From: Chthoniobacterales bacterium
Lineage (GTDB): Bacteria; Verrucomicrobiota; Verrucomicrobiia; Chthoniobacterales; Chthoniobacteraceae
Direction: 5' to 3'
NCBI GenBank assembly: GCA_038207335.1
Contig: JBBQZX010000003.1
Location: 32,001 to 96,000, forward strand
Length of the DNA: 64,000 nt
A program made the translations under genes and the position numbers. Positions 20,464-32,710 of the stretch are shown piece after piece. The stretch's first letter is position 1, and every line of letters begins with the position of its first letter. The notes below the pieces were generated by a model. It saw nothing but the letters and a program-made list of their open reading frames with translations, made no database searches and was not told the origin of the DNA.

Positions 20464-20568
20464 CAGGGGTGGGGGTCGAGGTTGTCAGGTATGGGGGTCG
20501 AGAGTAACAGGGATGATGGTCGGGGTTGTCAGGGATGGGGGTCGAGGTCGGCTGGGATGGGGGCTCGG
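20464..20568. repeat. Degenerate 22-bp G-rich tandem repeat (about 4.7 copies)
   Basis: Units start at 20464, 20486, 20508, 20530, 20552; consensus about cAGGGATGGGGGTCGAGGTTGT. Confidence 0.85.
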
Positions 20569-20627
20569 AGGCGACGCACGTGGAGAATGGGGCTCGCTAT
20601 TGGACAGGAACGTCGCACTTTCACCGC

Positions 20628-23600
20628 ATGTCTGATCCGGATGTGCCGACGCCGCCCGCGAACCTCCCGGACCGCGAGGGGCTGCCGGCGATTTCTCCGG
20701 ATCACATGGAGATGGAGCTGGGAGGGGTGATGGATGAGGTGGTGCCGGGGCGGGGATATGACATGCCGCCGATGGTGGGGATCGGGGGGTCGGCGGGGAG
20801 TATCGAGGCGCTGATAGAGTTTTTCGGGGGGATGCCGGTGGATACGGGGATGGTTTTTGTGGTGATCCTGCATCTGTCGCGGGAGCATGAGAGTACGCTG
20901 GCGGAGGTGCTGGGGAGGGCGACGAGGATGCCGGTGGTGCAGGCGAGGGATCGGCAACCGGTGGAGGCGAATCACGTGTATGTGATCCCGCCGGGGAAGC
21001 TGCTCTCGACGGTGGATGGGCATCTGAAGCTGACGCCGATGGAGCACACGCTGGGGCGGCGGGTGGTGGTGGATTTGTTTTTCAGGACGCTGGCGGATAC
21101 TCATGGGCCGAATGCGACGGCGATCGTGCTGTCGGGGGCGGATGGGGATGGGGCGCTGGGGATTAAGAGGATCAAGGAGCGGGGCGGGCTGACGATCGCG
21201 CAGGATCCGGAGGAGGCGGTGCATGGGTCGATGCCGCTGTCGGCGATCGCGACGCGGATGGTGGACTGGGTATTACGGGTGGGTGAGATGCCGGGGCGAC
21301 TGGTGGAGTATGTGCAGAGTGCGGGTCGGCTGAAGCTGCCGCCGGAGGAGGGGCCACAGCCGGCGGAGGCGCCGCGGACGGCAGCGGAGACGGCGGAGAC
21401 GGCGTTGCGTGAGGTGCTGACTTTCCTGCGGGCGCGGACTGGGCGCGATTTTTCGTACTACAAGCGGGCGACGATCCTGCGGCGATTGGCGAGGCGGATG
21501 CAGGTGAATAGTGTGGTGGATGTGCCGGAGTATCTGGGGTTCCTGCGGACGCATCCGGGGGAGGCTGGGGCGCTGTTGCAGGATTTGCTGATCAGTGTGA
21601 CGAATTTCTTCCGGGACCGGGAGGCGTTCGATGCGCTGGAGGGGCGGATGCCGGAGATCTTCGAGGGGAAGCGGATGGGGGATGCGGTGCGGGTGTGGAC
21701 GGTGGCGTGCGCGACGGGGGAGGAGGCGTATTCGGTGGCGATGCTGCTGTGCGAGTACGCGGAGAAGCTGGAGAGCCCGCCGAGCATCCAGGTGTTTGCG
21801 ACGGATTTGGATGAGGAGGTGATCGCGGCGGCGCGGGAGGGGATTTACCCGCTGACGATCGCGGCGGATGTGTCGGAGGAGCGGCTGCGGCGGTTTTTCA
21901 TCAAGGAGCACCGGGGGTATCGGGTGCGGCGGGAGTTGCGGGAGATGGTGCTCTTTGCGCTGCACGATGTGCTGAAGGATTCGCCATTCTCGCGGGTGGA
22001 TCTGCTGACGTGCCGGAATCTGCTGATCTATCTGACGCGGGAGGCGCAGCAGCGGGCGTTCGAGATCTTCCACTTTGCGCTGCGCGGGGAGGGACGGCTG
22101 TTCCTGGGAACGTCGGAGTCGATGGATGACGGGAGCGCGCTTTTCTCGGTGCTGGATAAGGTGCACCGGATCTTCGCGCGACGTGCGGTGGCGCGAGTGC
22201 CGCTGCCGCTGCCGGTGGGGGCGAGCGCGCTGCGGCGGGCGCTGGAGGCGCGCGGGACATCGGGGACGGGGCCGGTGGTGCATGGGGCGGCGTTCGCGCA
22301 GACGAGCCAGTCGGCGGCGGTGCGTGCGGCGGAGCTGGGAGGGGAGCACCGGGTGTCGTGGGAAGAGCTGCACTTCCGGCTGATCGAGAGGTTCGCGCCG
22401 CCGTCGCTGATCGTGGATCAGGATTACAATATCGTGCATGTGTCGGAGAATGCGGGGCGGTATCTGCGGTTCGCGGGGGGCGCGCCGAGCGTGAATCTGA
22501 TGAAGGTGGTCAATCCGATGCTGCGGGTGGAGCTGCGGGCGGCGCTGTTCCGCGCGGCGCAGTCGAGCGCGCCGGTGGAGGTCTTCCGGGTGCCGGTGGA
22601 GGTGGAGGGGGAGCGGGAGGCGGTGGATATCCGGGTGTCGCCGGCGCAGGAGATCGCGCCGGATTACCTGCTGGTGGTCTTCACGGTGCGGGAGAAGCAG
22701 GGTGCCGGGGAGCCTCAGCAGAGTATGGAGGCAGAGCCGGCGGTGCGGAATCTGGAGCGGGAGATCGAGCAGGTGAAATCGCGCCTGCGGGACACGGTGG
22801 AGCAGTACGAGGCCTCGACAGAGGAGCTGAAGGCGAGCAATGAGGAGCTTCAGGCGATGAACGAAGAACTGCGCTCGGCGACGGAGGAGCTGGAGACGAG
22901 TCGGGAGGAGTTGCAGTCGATCAATGAGGAACTGACGACGGTGAATCAGGAGCTGAAGAGCAGCGTGGAGGAGCTGGCGCACTCGAACAGCGACCTGCAC
23001 AACCTGATGGCCGCGACGGCGATTGGGACGATTTTCATGGATCGCCAGCTCCGCATCGCTCGCTACACGCCGCCCGCGGTTGCGCTTTTCAATCTGATCC
23101 CCGGGGACGTGGGACGACCGATCGCGGACCTGAAGCACCGGCTGGAATACCCGGGACTGACGGAGGACGTGGAGGAAGTGCTGAGGACGTTGATCCCGAT
23201 CGAGCGGGAGGTGCACGATGCGGATGGGAGGTGGTTCATCGCGCGGCTGCTGCCCTACCGGACGACGCAGGATGTGATTGCCGGGGCGGTGCTGACCTTC
23301 GTGGATATCACAGCGCGCAAAGTGAGCGAAGCCGCGCTGGAGCAGAGCCGCGAGGAGCTGTGGGATGCGCTCCAGGATACAGAGAGAGCGCGCGCCGACG
23401 CGGAGACCGCCGGGTGCGCGAAGGATCACTTTCTCGCCGTGCTTTCGCACGAACTGCGGACGCCTCTGACACCGGTCGTGATGGCCGTGCAGATGCTCGC
23501 GCAACGCCACGACTTGCCCGCCGACGTGCCTTCCGCGCTGAAGATGATCGAGCGGAATATCCGGATCGAGGCGCACTTGATCGACGACCTGCTCGACGTG

Positions 23601-24119
23601 ACCCGCATCTCACAAGGCAAGCTGGCAATCGCGCGTGCCGAGGTGGATCTGCACGAGGCGATCCGCACGGCTTTGGAAATTTCCATGCCGGATATCGATG
23701 CGAAGTCGCAGCAGCTCAGCGTCGCGCTCGATGCAACGGAGTACCGGCTCTCAGGGGACGAGCGGCGGCTGCAGCAGGTCGTGTGGAATGTGCTCAAGAA
23801 CGCGTCCAAATTCAGCCCGGCGGGCGGCTCGATCCAGCTCCGCACGCGGAATGAAGGAGTGTCCATTGTCGTGGAGATCACGGACAGCGGCGTGGGGATG
23901 GAGGGGGATGTCGTGGAGAAAATCTTCAACCCATTCGAGCAGGCCGATGCGACGGTGGCGCGGGAGTTTGGCGGGCTTGGGCTCGGGCTCGCGATCTCCA
24001 AGGCGACCGTCGAGGCGCATGGCGGCAAGCTCGCTGCGAGGAGCCTCGGACGAGGAAAAGGCGCGACTTTCACCGCCACGCTCCCGCTGGATACGGGGAA
24101 CGGTGCGGGCGAAGCCTGA
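20628..24119 (+). CDS. CheB methylesterase-CheR methyltransferase-PAS-histidine kinase fusion
   Basis: CheB triad GGSAG/ILHL/GADGD; CheR VTNFFRD, ACATGEEAYS, CRNLLIY; coiled coil SNEELQ..NEEL; SHELRTPL; NASKF; GGLGLGL. Start set at 20628 because the upstream extension runs through the 22-bp repeat. Confidence 0.93.
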   Translation: MSDPDVPTPPANLPDREGLPAISPDHMEMELGGVMDEVVPGRGYDMPPMVGIGGSAGSIEALIEFFGGMPVDTGMVFVVILHLSREHESTLAEVLGRATRMPVVQARDRQPVEANHVYVIPPGKLLSTVDGHLKLTPMEHTLGRRVVVDLFFRTLADTHGPNATAIVLSGADGDGALGIKRIKERGGLTIAQDPEEAVHGSMPLSAIATRMVDWVLRVGEMPGRLVEYVQSAGRLKLPPEEGPQPAEAPRTAAETAETALREVLTFLRARTGRDFSYYKRATILRRLARRMQVNSVVDVPEYLGFLRTHPGEAGALLQDLLISVTNFFRDREAFDALEGRMPEIFEGKRMGDAVRVWTVACATGEEAYSVAMLLCEYAEKLESPPSIQVFATDLDEEVIAAAREGIYPLTIAADVSEERLRRFFIKEHRGYRVRRELREMVLFALHDVLKDSPFSRVDLLTCRNLLIYLTREAQQRAFEIFHFALRGEGRLFLGTSESMDDGSALFSVLDKVHRIFARRAVARVPLPLPVGASALRRALEARGTSGTGPVVHGAAFAQTSQSAAVRAAELGGEHRVSWEELHFRLIERFAPPSLIVDQDYNIVHVSENAGRYLRFAGGAPSVNLMKVVNPMLRVELRAALFRAAQSSAPVEVFRVPVEVEGEREAVDIRVSPAQEIAPDYLLVVFTVREKQGAGEPQQSMEAEPAVRNLEREIEQVKSRLRDTVEQYEASTEELKASNEELQAMNEELRSATEELETSREELQSINEELTTVNQELKSSVEELAHSNSDLHNLMAATAIGTIFMDRQLRIARYTPPAVALFNLIPGDVGRPIADLKHRLEYPGLTEDVEEVLRTLIPIEREVHDADGRWFIARLLPYRTTQDVIAGAVLTFVDITARKVSEAALEQSREELWDALQDTERARADAETAGCAKDHFLAVLSHELRTPLTPVVMAVQMLAQRHDLPADVPSALKMIERNIRIEAHLIDDLLDVTRISQGKLAIARAEVDLHEAIRTALEISMPDIDAKSQQLSVALDATEYRLSGDERRLQQVVWNVLKNASKFSPAGGSIQLRTRNEGVSIVVEITDSGVGMEGDVVEKIFNPFEQADATVAREFGGLGLGLAISKATVEAHGGKLAARSLGRGKGATFTATLPLDTGNGAGEA

Positions 24120-24182
24120 CACCGCAGTCAGACACCCGCCCCACGGCAGGCGCGCGCAAATTCTGCGACTCTATCTCATCCA

Positions 24183-24581
24183 ATGAACACGCTGCCGACC
24201 GAGACGACCCCGCTAAGCATCTTCCTCGTGGAAAACCACGCCGACACGCTGAAATGGCTCACCATGTATCTGGAGCAAATGGGCCACACCGTCCGTTCCG
24301 CCACCACGCTGGGCGAGGCGGTGGAGGCGCTCCCGAAGGCCGATTGCGACGTCGTGCTGAGCGACATCGGCCTGCCCGATGGCGACGGGTGGGAGCTGCT
24401 CGAGCGCGCGAAGCTGCCGCATCCGGTTTTCTCCATCGCGATGAGCGGATACGGCACTGGCGCCGATCAGCTAACTAGCCGTGCCGCGGGATTCCGGCAC
24501 CATTTGCTGAAGCCGTTCAATCTACGCGAGCTCGACAAACTCCTCGCGGCCGCCGCGGCGGAGCTTGCGCAATCCAAGTAA
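24183..24581 (+). CDS. Single-domain response regulator
   Basis: LVEN, SDIGLPDGDG, SGYG, LLKP. Confidence 0.9.
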   Translation: MNTLPTETTPLSIFLVENHADTLKWLTMYLEQMGHTVRSATTLGEAVEALPKADCDVVLSDIGLPDGDGWELLERAKLPHPVFSIAMSGYGTGADQLTSRAAGFRHHLLKPFNLRELDKLLAAAAAELAQSK

Positions 24582-24611
24582 AACGGCGCACGCTTCTGGC
24601 TCGTCCCTCCG

Positions 24612-24947
24612 ATGCCGTCCGCGCCCTCACTTCCCGACGAAAACGCCGCAATCCTGCGCAAACTGACCGCTGCGCTCGCGGAGGAGCGCGCCCGCTGCGA
24701 GCGGCTCGAGGGCGGTATCCGCGCCGCCGCCGAGCGTGAGCAGCAGCGCCTCGCGCAGGCACTTCACGACACGATCAGCCAGAGCCTCACCGGCATCCAC
24801 CTCATGGCCGAAGTCCTCGCGCGCAAGCATGCCGCCACCGCTCCCGAAGCAGCCGCCGACCTCGCGGAGCTCAGCGAAATCATCCTTGGCAGCACGTTCG
24901 AACTGCACCGCCTCATCACCTCCCTCCGCCCTCCCCTGGAGCCGTGA
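24612..24947 (+). CDS. Small protein consisting of a HisKA_3-type dimerisation/phosphoacceptor domain only
   Basis: EREQQRLAQALHDTISQSL...LITSLRP, then stop; no HATPase domain. Confidence 0.7.
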   Translation: MPSAPSLPDENAAILRKLTAALAEERARCERLEGGIRAAAEREQQRLAQALHDTISQSLTGIHLMAEVLARKHAATAPEAAADLAELSEIILGSTFELHRLITSLRPPLEP

Positions 24948-24977
24948 GGCTGCGATAAGGCGCATTCGCGCGAGCCG

Positions 24978-25862
24978 ATGAGCCTCCGTCTGGAAATGCT
25001 GCAAGTCGCGCGGGTTGCGCCGAAGCTGCTCGGCGAGTCGGCGGAGCTGGTGCGCGATTTTCTCGCGCGGCAAATCGGTGCGGATGGCGCGGGCCGCGAC
25101 CGCGATGGGCGGCCCGATCTTTACTACACGATCTTCGCGCTCGCGGGGTTGCAGGCGATGCAGGCGGAGCTGCCGGTGGCGCGAGTGGAGACGTTTTTGT
25201 CGTCGTTCGGTGGAGGTGAAAATCTCGATTTCGTGCATCTCGGGGCGCTGGCTCGGTGCTGGGCGGCAGTCGGCGTGCCGATGCGGGGAGGGCTCGCGGA
25301 TCAAGTGTTGGAGCGGATCGAGCGGCATCGCACGGCGGATGGCGGGTATGATGCGGATGTCGGCGAGCGGTTTGGAAATGCATACGCGTGCTTCGTGGCG
25401 CTCGGGGCGTATCAGGATTTGGGGCGCGAAATTCTCGAGCCGCTGCGGATGGTGCAGTGCTTGAAATTTCTCGAGACGCCAGATGGCGCGTGGGCGAATG
25501 CGCGCGGACTTTCCGCCGGCTCGACGAATGCGACCGCCGCCGCCGTGACGCTGCTGCGGCAGCTCGGCGTGCCGCTGAATCAGAGCGTCGCAGACTGGCT
25601 GCTGGCTCGCGCGCATCCGCAAGGCGGATTTCTCGCGATGCCATCTGCGCCTTTGCCAGACTTGCTTTCCACGGCGACGACGCTGCACGCGCTCTCTGGG
25701 ATGCAGGTGGAAATCCCCGCACCGATGCGCGAGCGGTGCCTCGATTTCATCGACACGCTTTGGACGAACGAAGGCGGATTTCATGGCCACTGGGCGGACG
25801 ACCACGTCGATGCAGAATACACATTTTACGGCCTGCTCGCGCTCGGACATCTCGCGCTTTAG
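24978..25862 (+). CDS. Prenyltransferase/squalene-cyclase-repeat (QW-like) protein
   Basis: Repeated ..DGG(F/Y) units, DLYYT, DLLSTA, DAEYTFYGLLAL. Confidence 0.8.
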   Translation: MSLRLEMLQVARVAPKLLGESAELVRDFLARQIGADGAGRDRDGRPDLYYTIFALAGLQAMQAELPVARVETFLSSFGGGENLDFVHLGALARCWAAVGVPMRGGLADQVLERIERHRTADGGYDADVGERFGNAYACFVALGAYQDLGREILEPLRMVQCLKFLETPDGAWANARGLSAGSTNATAAAVTLLRQLGVPLNQSVADWLLARAHPQGGFLAMPSAPLPDLLSTATTLHALSGMQVEIPAPMRERCLDFIDTLWTNEGGFHGHWADDHVDAEYTFYGLLALGHLAL

Positions 25863-25871
25863 GGTGTTGGC

Positions 25872-26282
25872 GTGAAGCAGCACATCATCCTCTACGACGG
25901 CGAATGCCCGATGTGCATTTTTCAGATGCGCGTGCTGAGCTGGCTGGATTGGTTCAACCAACTCGCGCTCGTGCCGCTCGCCGATCCGCGCGCGCAGACG
26001 CTGGCACCGGGGATCGAGCGTGAGGATTTGCAGGAGGCGATTCATTGCATCACGTGTGGCGGGAAGATCCATCGTGGCGCGCGGGCGATTCGCTTTGCGG
26101 GGATGCGGTTGCCGCTGCTGTTGCCGGTCGCGCTCGTATTTTGGGTGCCGGGCGTGATCCAAATCGCGGAGCTGATTTACAAATGGGTGAGCCGGAATCG
26201 GCTGCTGTTGAGCCGCGTTTTCGGATGCAAGGAAGCGTGCGCGATTTTGCCGAAACGGGCGCGCGAGCAGGATCGGGTGTGA
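25872..26282 (+). CDS. DCC-family thiol-disulfide oxidoreductase (DUF393)
   Basis: LYDGECPMC; YKWVSRNR. Confidence 0.88.
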   Translation: MKQHIILYDGECPMCIFQMRVLSWLDWFNQLALVPLADPRAQTLAPGIEREDLQEAIHCITCGGKIHRGARAIRFAGMRLPLLLPVALVFWVPGVIQIAELIYKWVSRNRLLLSRVFGCKEACAILPKRAREQDRV

Positions 26283-28075
26283 GTGGGGCGGAGACTGATC
26301 GCGTCGCGCTGATTGCGGCTTTGGAGCAAGCGACGGCGGAACTGCTGTCGGCTCGGAATGCCGATGGGCACTGGCGCGGCGACCTGTCGTCGAGCGCGCT
26401 CTCGACCTCGACGGCGGTGGTGGCGCTGGCGGCGGTGGATGTGGAAAGTCACCGCGAGCGAGTGGCGCGCGGGCTGAGGTGGCTGGCGGAGAATGTGAAT
26501 GCGGATGGCGGCTGGGGGGACACGGTTTGCAGCGGGAGCAATATCAGCACGACGGCGTTGTGCTGGGCGGCGTTTAGCGCGGCGGGGGCGGATGGGGATT
26601 TTGCGGAAGTGGTCGCCAGGGCGAAGCGGTGGCTGGAGGAAAGGTCGGGCGGTGATTTGGTCGCTGCGATCGAGGCGCGCTACGGAAAAGACCGCACATT
26701 TTCGGTGCCGATCGTGATGACGCTCGCGCTTGCGGGACGGCTAGGGGCGGGTGGTTGGCGGCGGGTGATCGGGTTGCCGTTCGAGTTGGCGGCGATGCCG
26801 CATCAGGTTTTCGGCGCGCTGCGCCTGCCGGTGGTGAGCTACGCGCTGCCGGCGCTGATCGCGATCGGGCAGGCGATTCATTTTCATGCGCCGACTCGGA
26901 ACCCTCTTGCGCGCTTGATCCGCGGGCTGTGCCAGCGACGGACGCTACGTGTTCTGGAGCGCATCCAGCCGCCGAATGGCGGGTTTCTAGAGGCGACGCC
27001 GCTGACGAGTTTCGTGACGATGAGCCTTGCGTCGATGGGTCTGCGCGGGCATCGCGTGGTGACGCGCGGCGTAGGGTTTTTGGAGCGGTCGCAGCGCGAA
27101 GACGGGAGCTGGGCGATCGACACGGATCTTGCGACTTGGGTGAGCACGCTGGCGGTGAAAGCCTTGTCCCATCAGGATTCGTGGGCGGTGCCGGAGGCGC
27201 GACAGATTTTGCGCGAGTGGCTGCTCGGGCAGCAATATCGCGTCGAGCACGCCTACACGCACGCGGTGCCGGGAGGGTGGGCTTGGACGGATTTGCCAGG
27301 CGGCGTACCGGATGCGGACGACACGGCGGGCGCGCTCATTGCCCTGTTGAAATTCGGAGTCGTGGATAATGTCACGCGCGCGGCTGGGATCGCGGGCGTG
27401 GAGTGGCTGCTCGGGGTGCAAAATCGAGACGGCGGCATCCCGACATTCTGCCGCGGGTGGGGCGCGCTGCCTTTTGACCGCAGCAGCCCGGACCTGACGG
27501 CGCACGCGCTGCGGGCGTGGAGTTCGTGGCTGCCGCAGCTCCCGCAGGGGCTGCATCGGCGAGTGGTGCGGGCGATTTCACGGGGCATGAAGTTTCTCCT
27601 GAAGACGCAGCGGGCGGATGGCGCGTGGCTGCCGCTGTGGTTTGGAAACGAGCACGCGCCGGATGATGAGAATCTCACGTACGGCACTGCGAAGGTGCTC
27701 ATCGCGCTGCGGGAACTCGATGAGAGTGGGTTTCGCATTCCGCGTGCGATGGACCGGGAAGCCGCTTCGTGGCTTGTTTCGGCGCAGGATGCGTCCGGCG
27801 GGTGGGGCGGGTTTGTGGGCGGACCGGTGTCTGTCGAGGAGACGGGTTTGGCGGTGGAGGCGCTGGCGGGTTTTCGCGCGGAGGCGGCGGATGCGGGAGC
27901 GTGCTGGCTTGCGGCGCGCGTGGCGGACGGGACTTGGATCGAGCCCGCGCCGATTGGCTTTTACTTTGCGAAGCTGTGGTATTTCGAGCGGCTGTATCCG
28001 CAGATTTTCACGGTCAGCGCGCTCGGGAAGTATCTCGCGCTGCGGGCCGGCGATGTCCTTGCGCCGCCCGTGTGA
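26279..28075 (+). CDS. Squalene-hopene-cyclase-like class II terpene cyclase
   Basis: GHWRGDLSSS, QW repeats (NADGGW, QREDGSW, QNRDGG, QRADGAW), PDADDTA, WFG..YGT; GTGA overlap with the DCC gene. Confidence 0.85.
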   Translation: MSGAETDRVALIAALEQATAELLSARNADGHWRGDLSSSALSTSTAVVALAAVDVESHRERVARGLRWLAENVNADGGWGDTVCSGSNISTTALCWAAFSAAGADGDFAEVVARAKRWLEERSGGDLVAAIEARYGKDRTFSVPIVMTLALAGRLGAGGWRRVIGLPFELAAMPHQVFGALRLPVVSYALPALIAIGQAIHFHAPTRNPLARLIRGLCQRRTLRVLERIQPPNGGFLEATPLTSFVTMSLASMGLRGHRVVTRGVGFLERSQREDGSWAIDTDLATWVSTLAVKALSHQDSWAVPEARQILREWLLGQQYRVEHAYTHAVPGGWAWTDLPGGVPDADDTAGALIALLKFGVVDNVTRAAGIAGVEWLLGVQNRDGGIPTFCRGWGALPFDRSSPDLTAHALRAWSSWLPQLPQGLHRRVVRAISRGMKFLLKTQRADGAWLPLWFGNEHAPDDENLTYGTAKVLIALRELDESGFRIPRAMDREAASWLVSAQDASGGWGGFVGGPVSVEETGLAVEALAGFRAEAADAGACWLAARVADGTWIEPAPIGFYFAKLWYFERLYPQIFTVSALGKYLALRAGDVLAPPV

Positions 28076-28489
28076 TCAGCGCTGCGACATGCGCTGGAGG
28101 TCGGCCGCCAGGCGGTGAGCGAGGGCGATCATGTCGGCGGCTTCGGGCTCGGGGAGGAGCCAGTGACAATTTTCCTCCCAGACTTCCATCCATGCGGCGA
28201 AGTGCTCGGGGGCGAGGTGCAGGAAGATGTGGCGCCCGATGCCGCCGCCGTACTTTTCGGGGCCGCCGCTTTGCTCGCTCCAATAGTCGATGAGGCGCTC
28301 GAGGTGCGCTTTCCAGACGGGGACGTGTTCCTTGAAGATCGGCTCCAGCAGAGGGACGAAGCGAGCTTTGGCGTAGAACCATTTCACGAGTGTCGTGATG
28401 CCCGGGCGCCCGCCGAGGCGGTCGTAGAGGGTCGCGGCGTTGGGAAATGTGGGGATCTTTTCGGCGACGAGCGGGCGGTCGCGGTGCAT
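28076..28489 (-). CDS. Truncated hemoglobin (group III-like)
   Basis: TLYDRLGG, FY, HLERLIDYW, H..L, HFAAW. Confidence 0.85.
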   Translation of the reverse strand: MHRDRPLVAEKIPTFPNAATLYDRLGGRPGITTLVKWFYAKARFVPLLEPIFKEHVPVWKAHLERLIDYWSEQSGGPEKYGGGIGRHIFLHLAPEHFAAWMEVWEENCHWLLPEPEAADMIALAHRLAADLQRMSQR

Positions 28490-28498
28490 GAGGCGGCG

Positions 28499-28954
28499 TC
28501 AGTTCAGGAACCAGATGCTGGCGTTCAGCGCGGTGGCGAAGGTGACCCAGGCGAGGTAAGGGACGAGGAGCCAGGCGGCGGCGCGGCTGACTTTTGTGAA
28601 TGCGACGAAGGTGGCGAGGATCGTGATCCAGAGGAGGGCGATGTCGAGGAGCGCGAGGTCGGGGCGGTGTTCGCCGAAGAAGAGCGGGGTCCAGATCGCG
28701 TTGAGGATGAGCGAGACGATGTAGAGCGTGAGTCCGCCGCGCGACCCGGCGCGCCAGGCGAGCCAGGCGGCCACGGCCATCAGGATGTAGAGCGCGGTCC
28801 AGACGGGGCCAAAGATCCAGCCGGGCGGGTTCCACTCGGGCTTGTGCAGCGCCTCGAACCACGGGCCCATCTTCACGCGGATGGCGGTGAGCGGGGCGAG
28901 GAACGTGAGCAGCAGCCAGCCGATGAAACCGGGGAAAGAGGACGTGCTTTTCAT
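28499..28954 (-). CDS. tspO: TspO/MBR tryptophan-rich sensory protein
   Basis: LHKPEWNPPGWIFGPVWTALY, LNAIWTPLFF, PYLAWVTFATALN. Confidence 0.95.
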   Translation of the reverse strand: MKSTSSFPGFIGWLLLTFLAPLTAIRVKMGPWFEALHKPEWNPPGWIFGPVWTALYILMAVAAWLAWRAGSRGGLTLYIVSLILNAIWTPLFFGEHRPDLALLDIALLWITILATFVAFTKVSRAAAWLLVPYLAWVTFATALNASIWFLN

Positions 28955-28993
28955 AAAGGTGAAGTTCGTGCGGGTGGCTGTGTCCGCGGGTGC

Positions 28994-32584
<3,591 letters not shown>

Positions 32585-32710
32585 GGGCGTATGGAAAAGG
32601 GAGGCGACGCTAGACGAGCGGCGCGAAAGGTAAAGCGCGGCCCGAAAAGAGGACTAGGAGAGGAGGGGGGAGTGTGTAGTCTCGGCCCGTGCAGGTGGGA
32701 GGAATTCAAT

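Noticed and set aside
20352..20465. Possible riboswitch in the ald leader
   Set aside because: No glycine or other riboswitch consensus recognised by eye; an Rfam scan would be needed.
16035..23576. Long minus-strand ORFs (16035-18668, 18697-20457, 21273-23576)
   Set aside because: Shadow or off-frame ORFs over well-supported genes; Arg/Pro-rich composition reflects GC content and skew.
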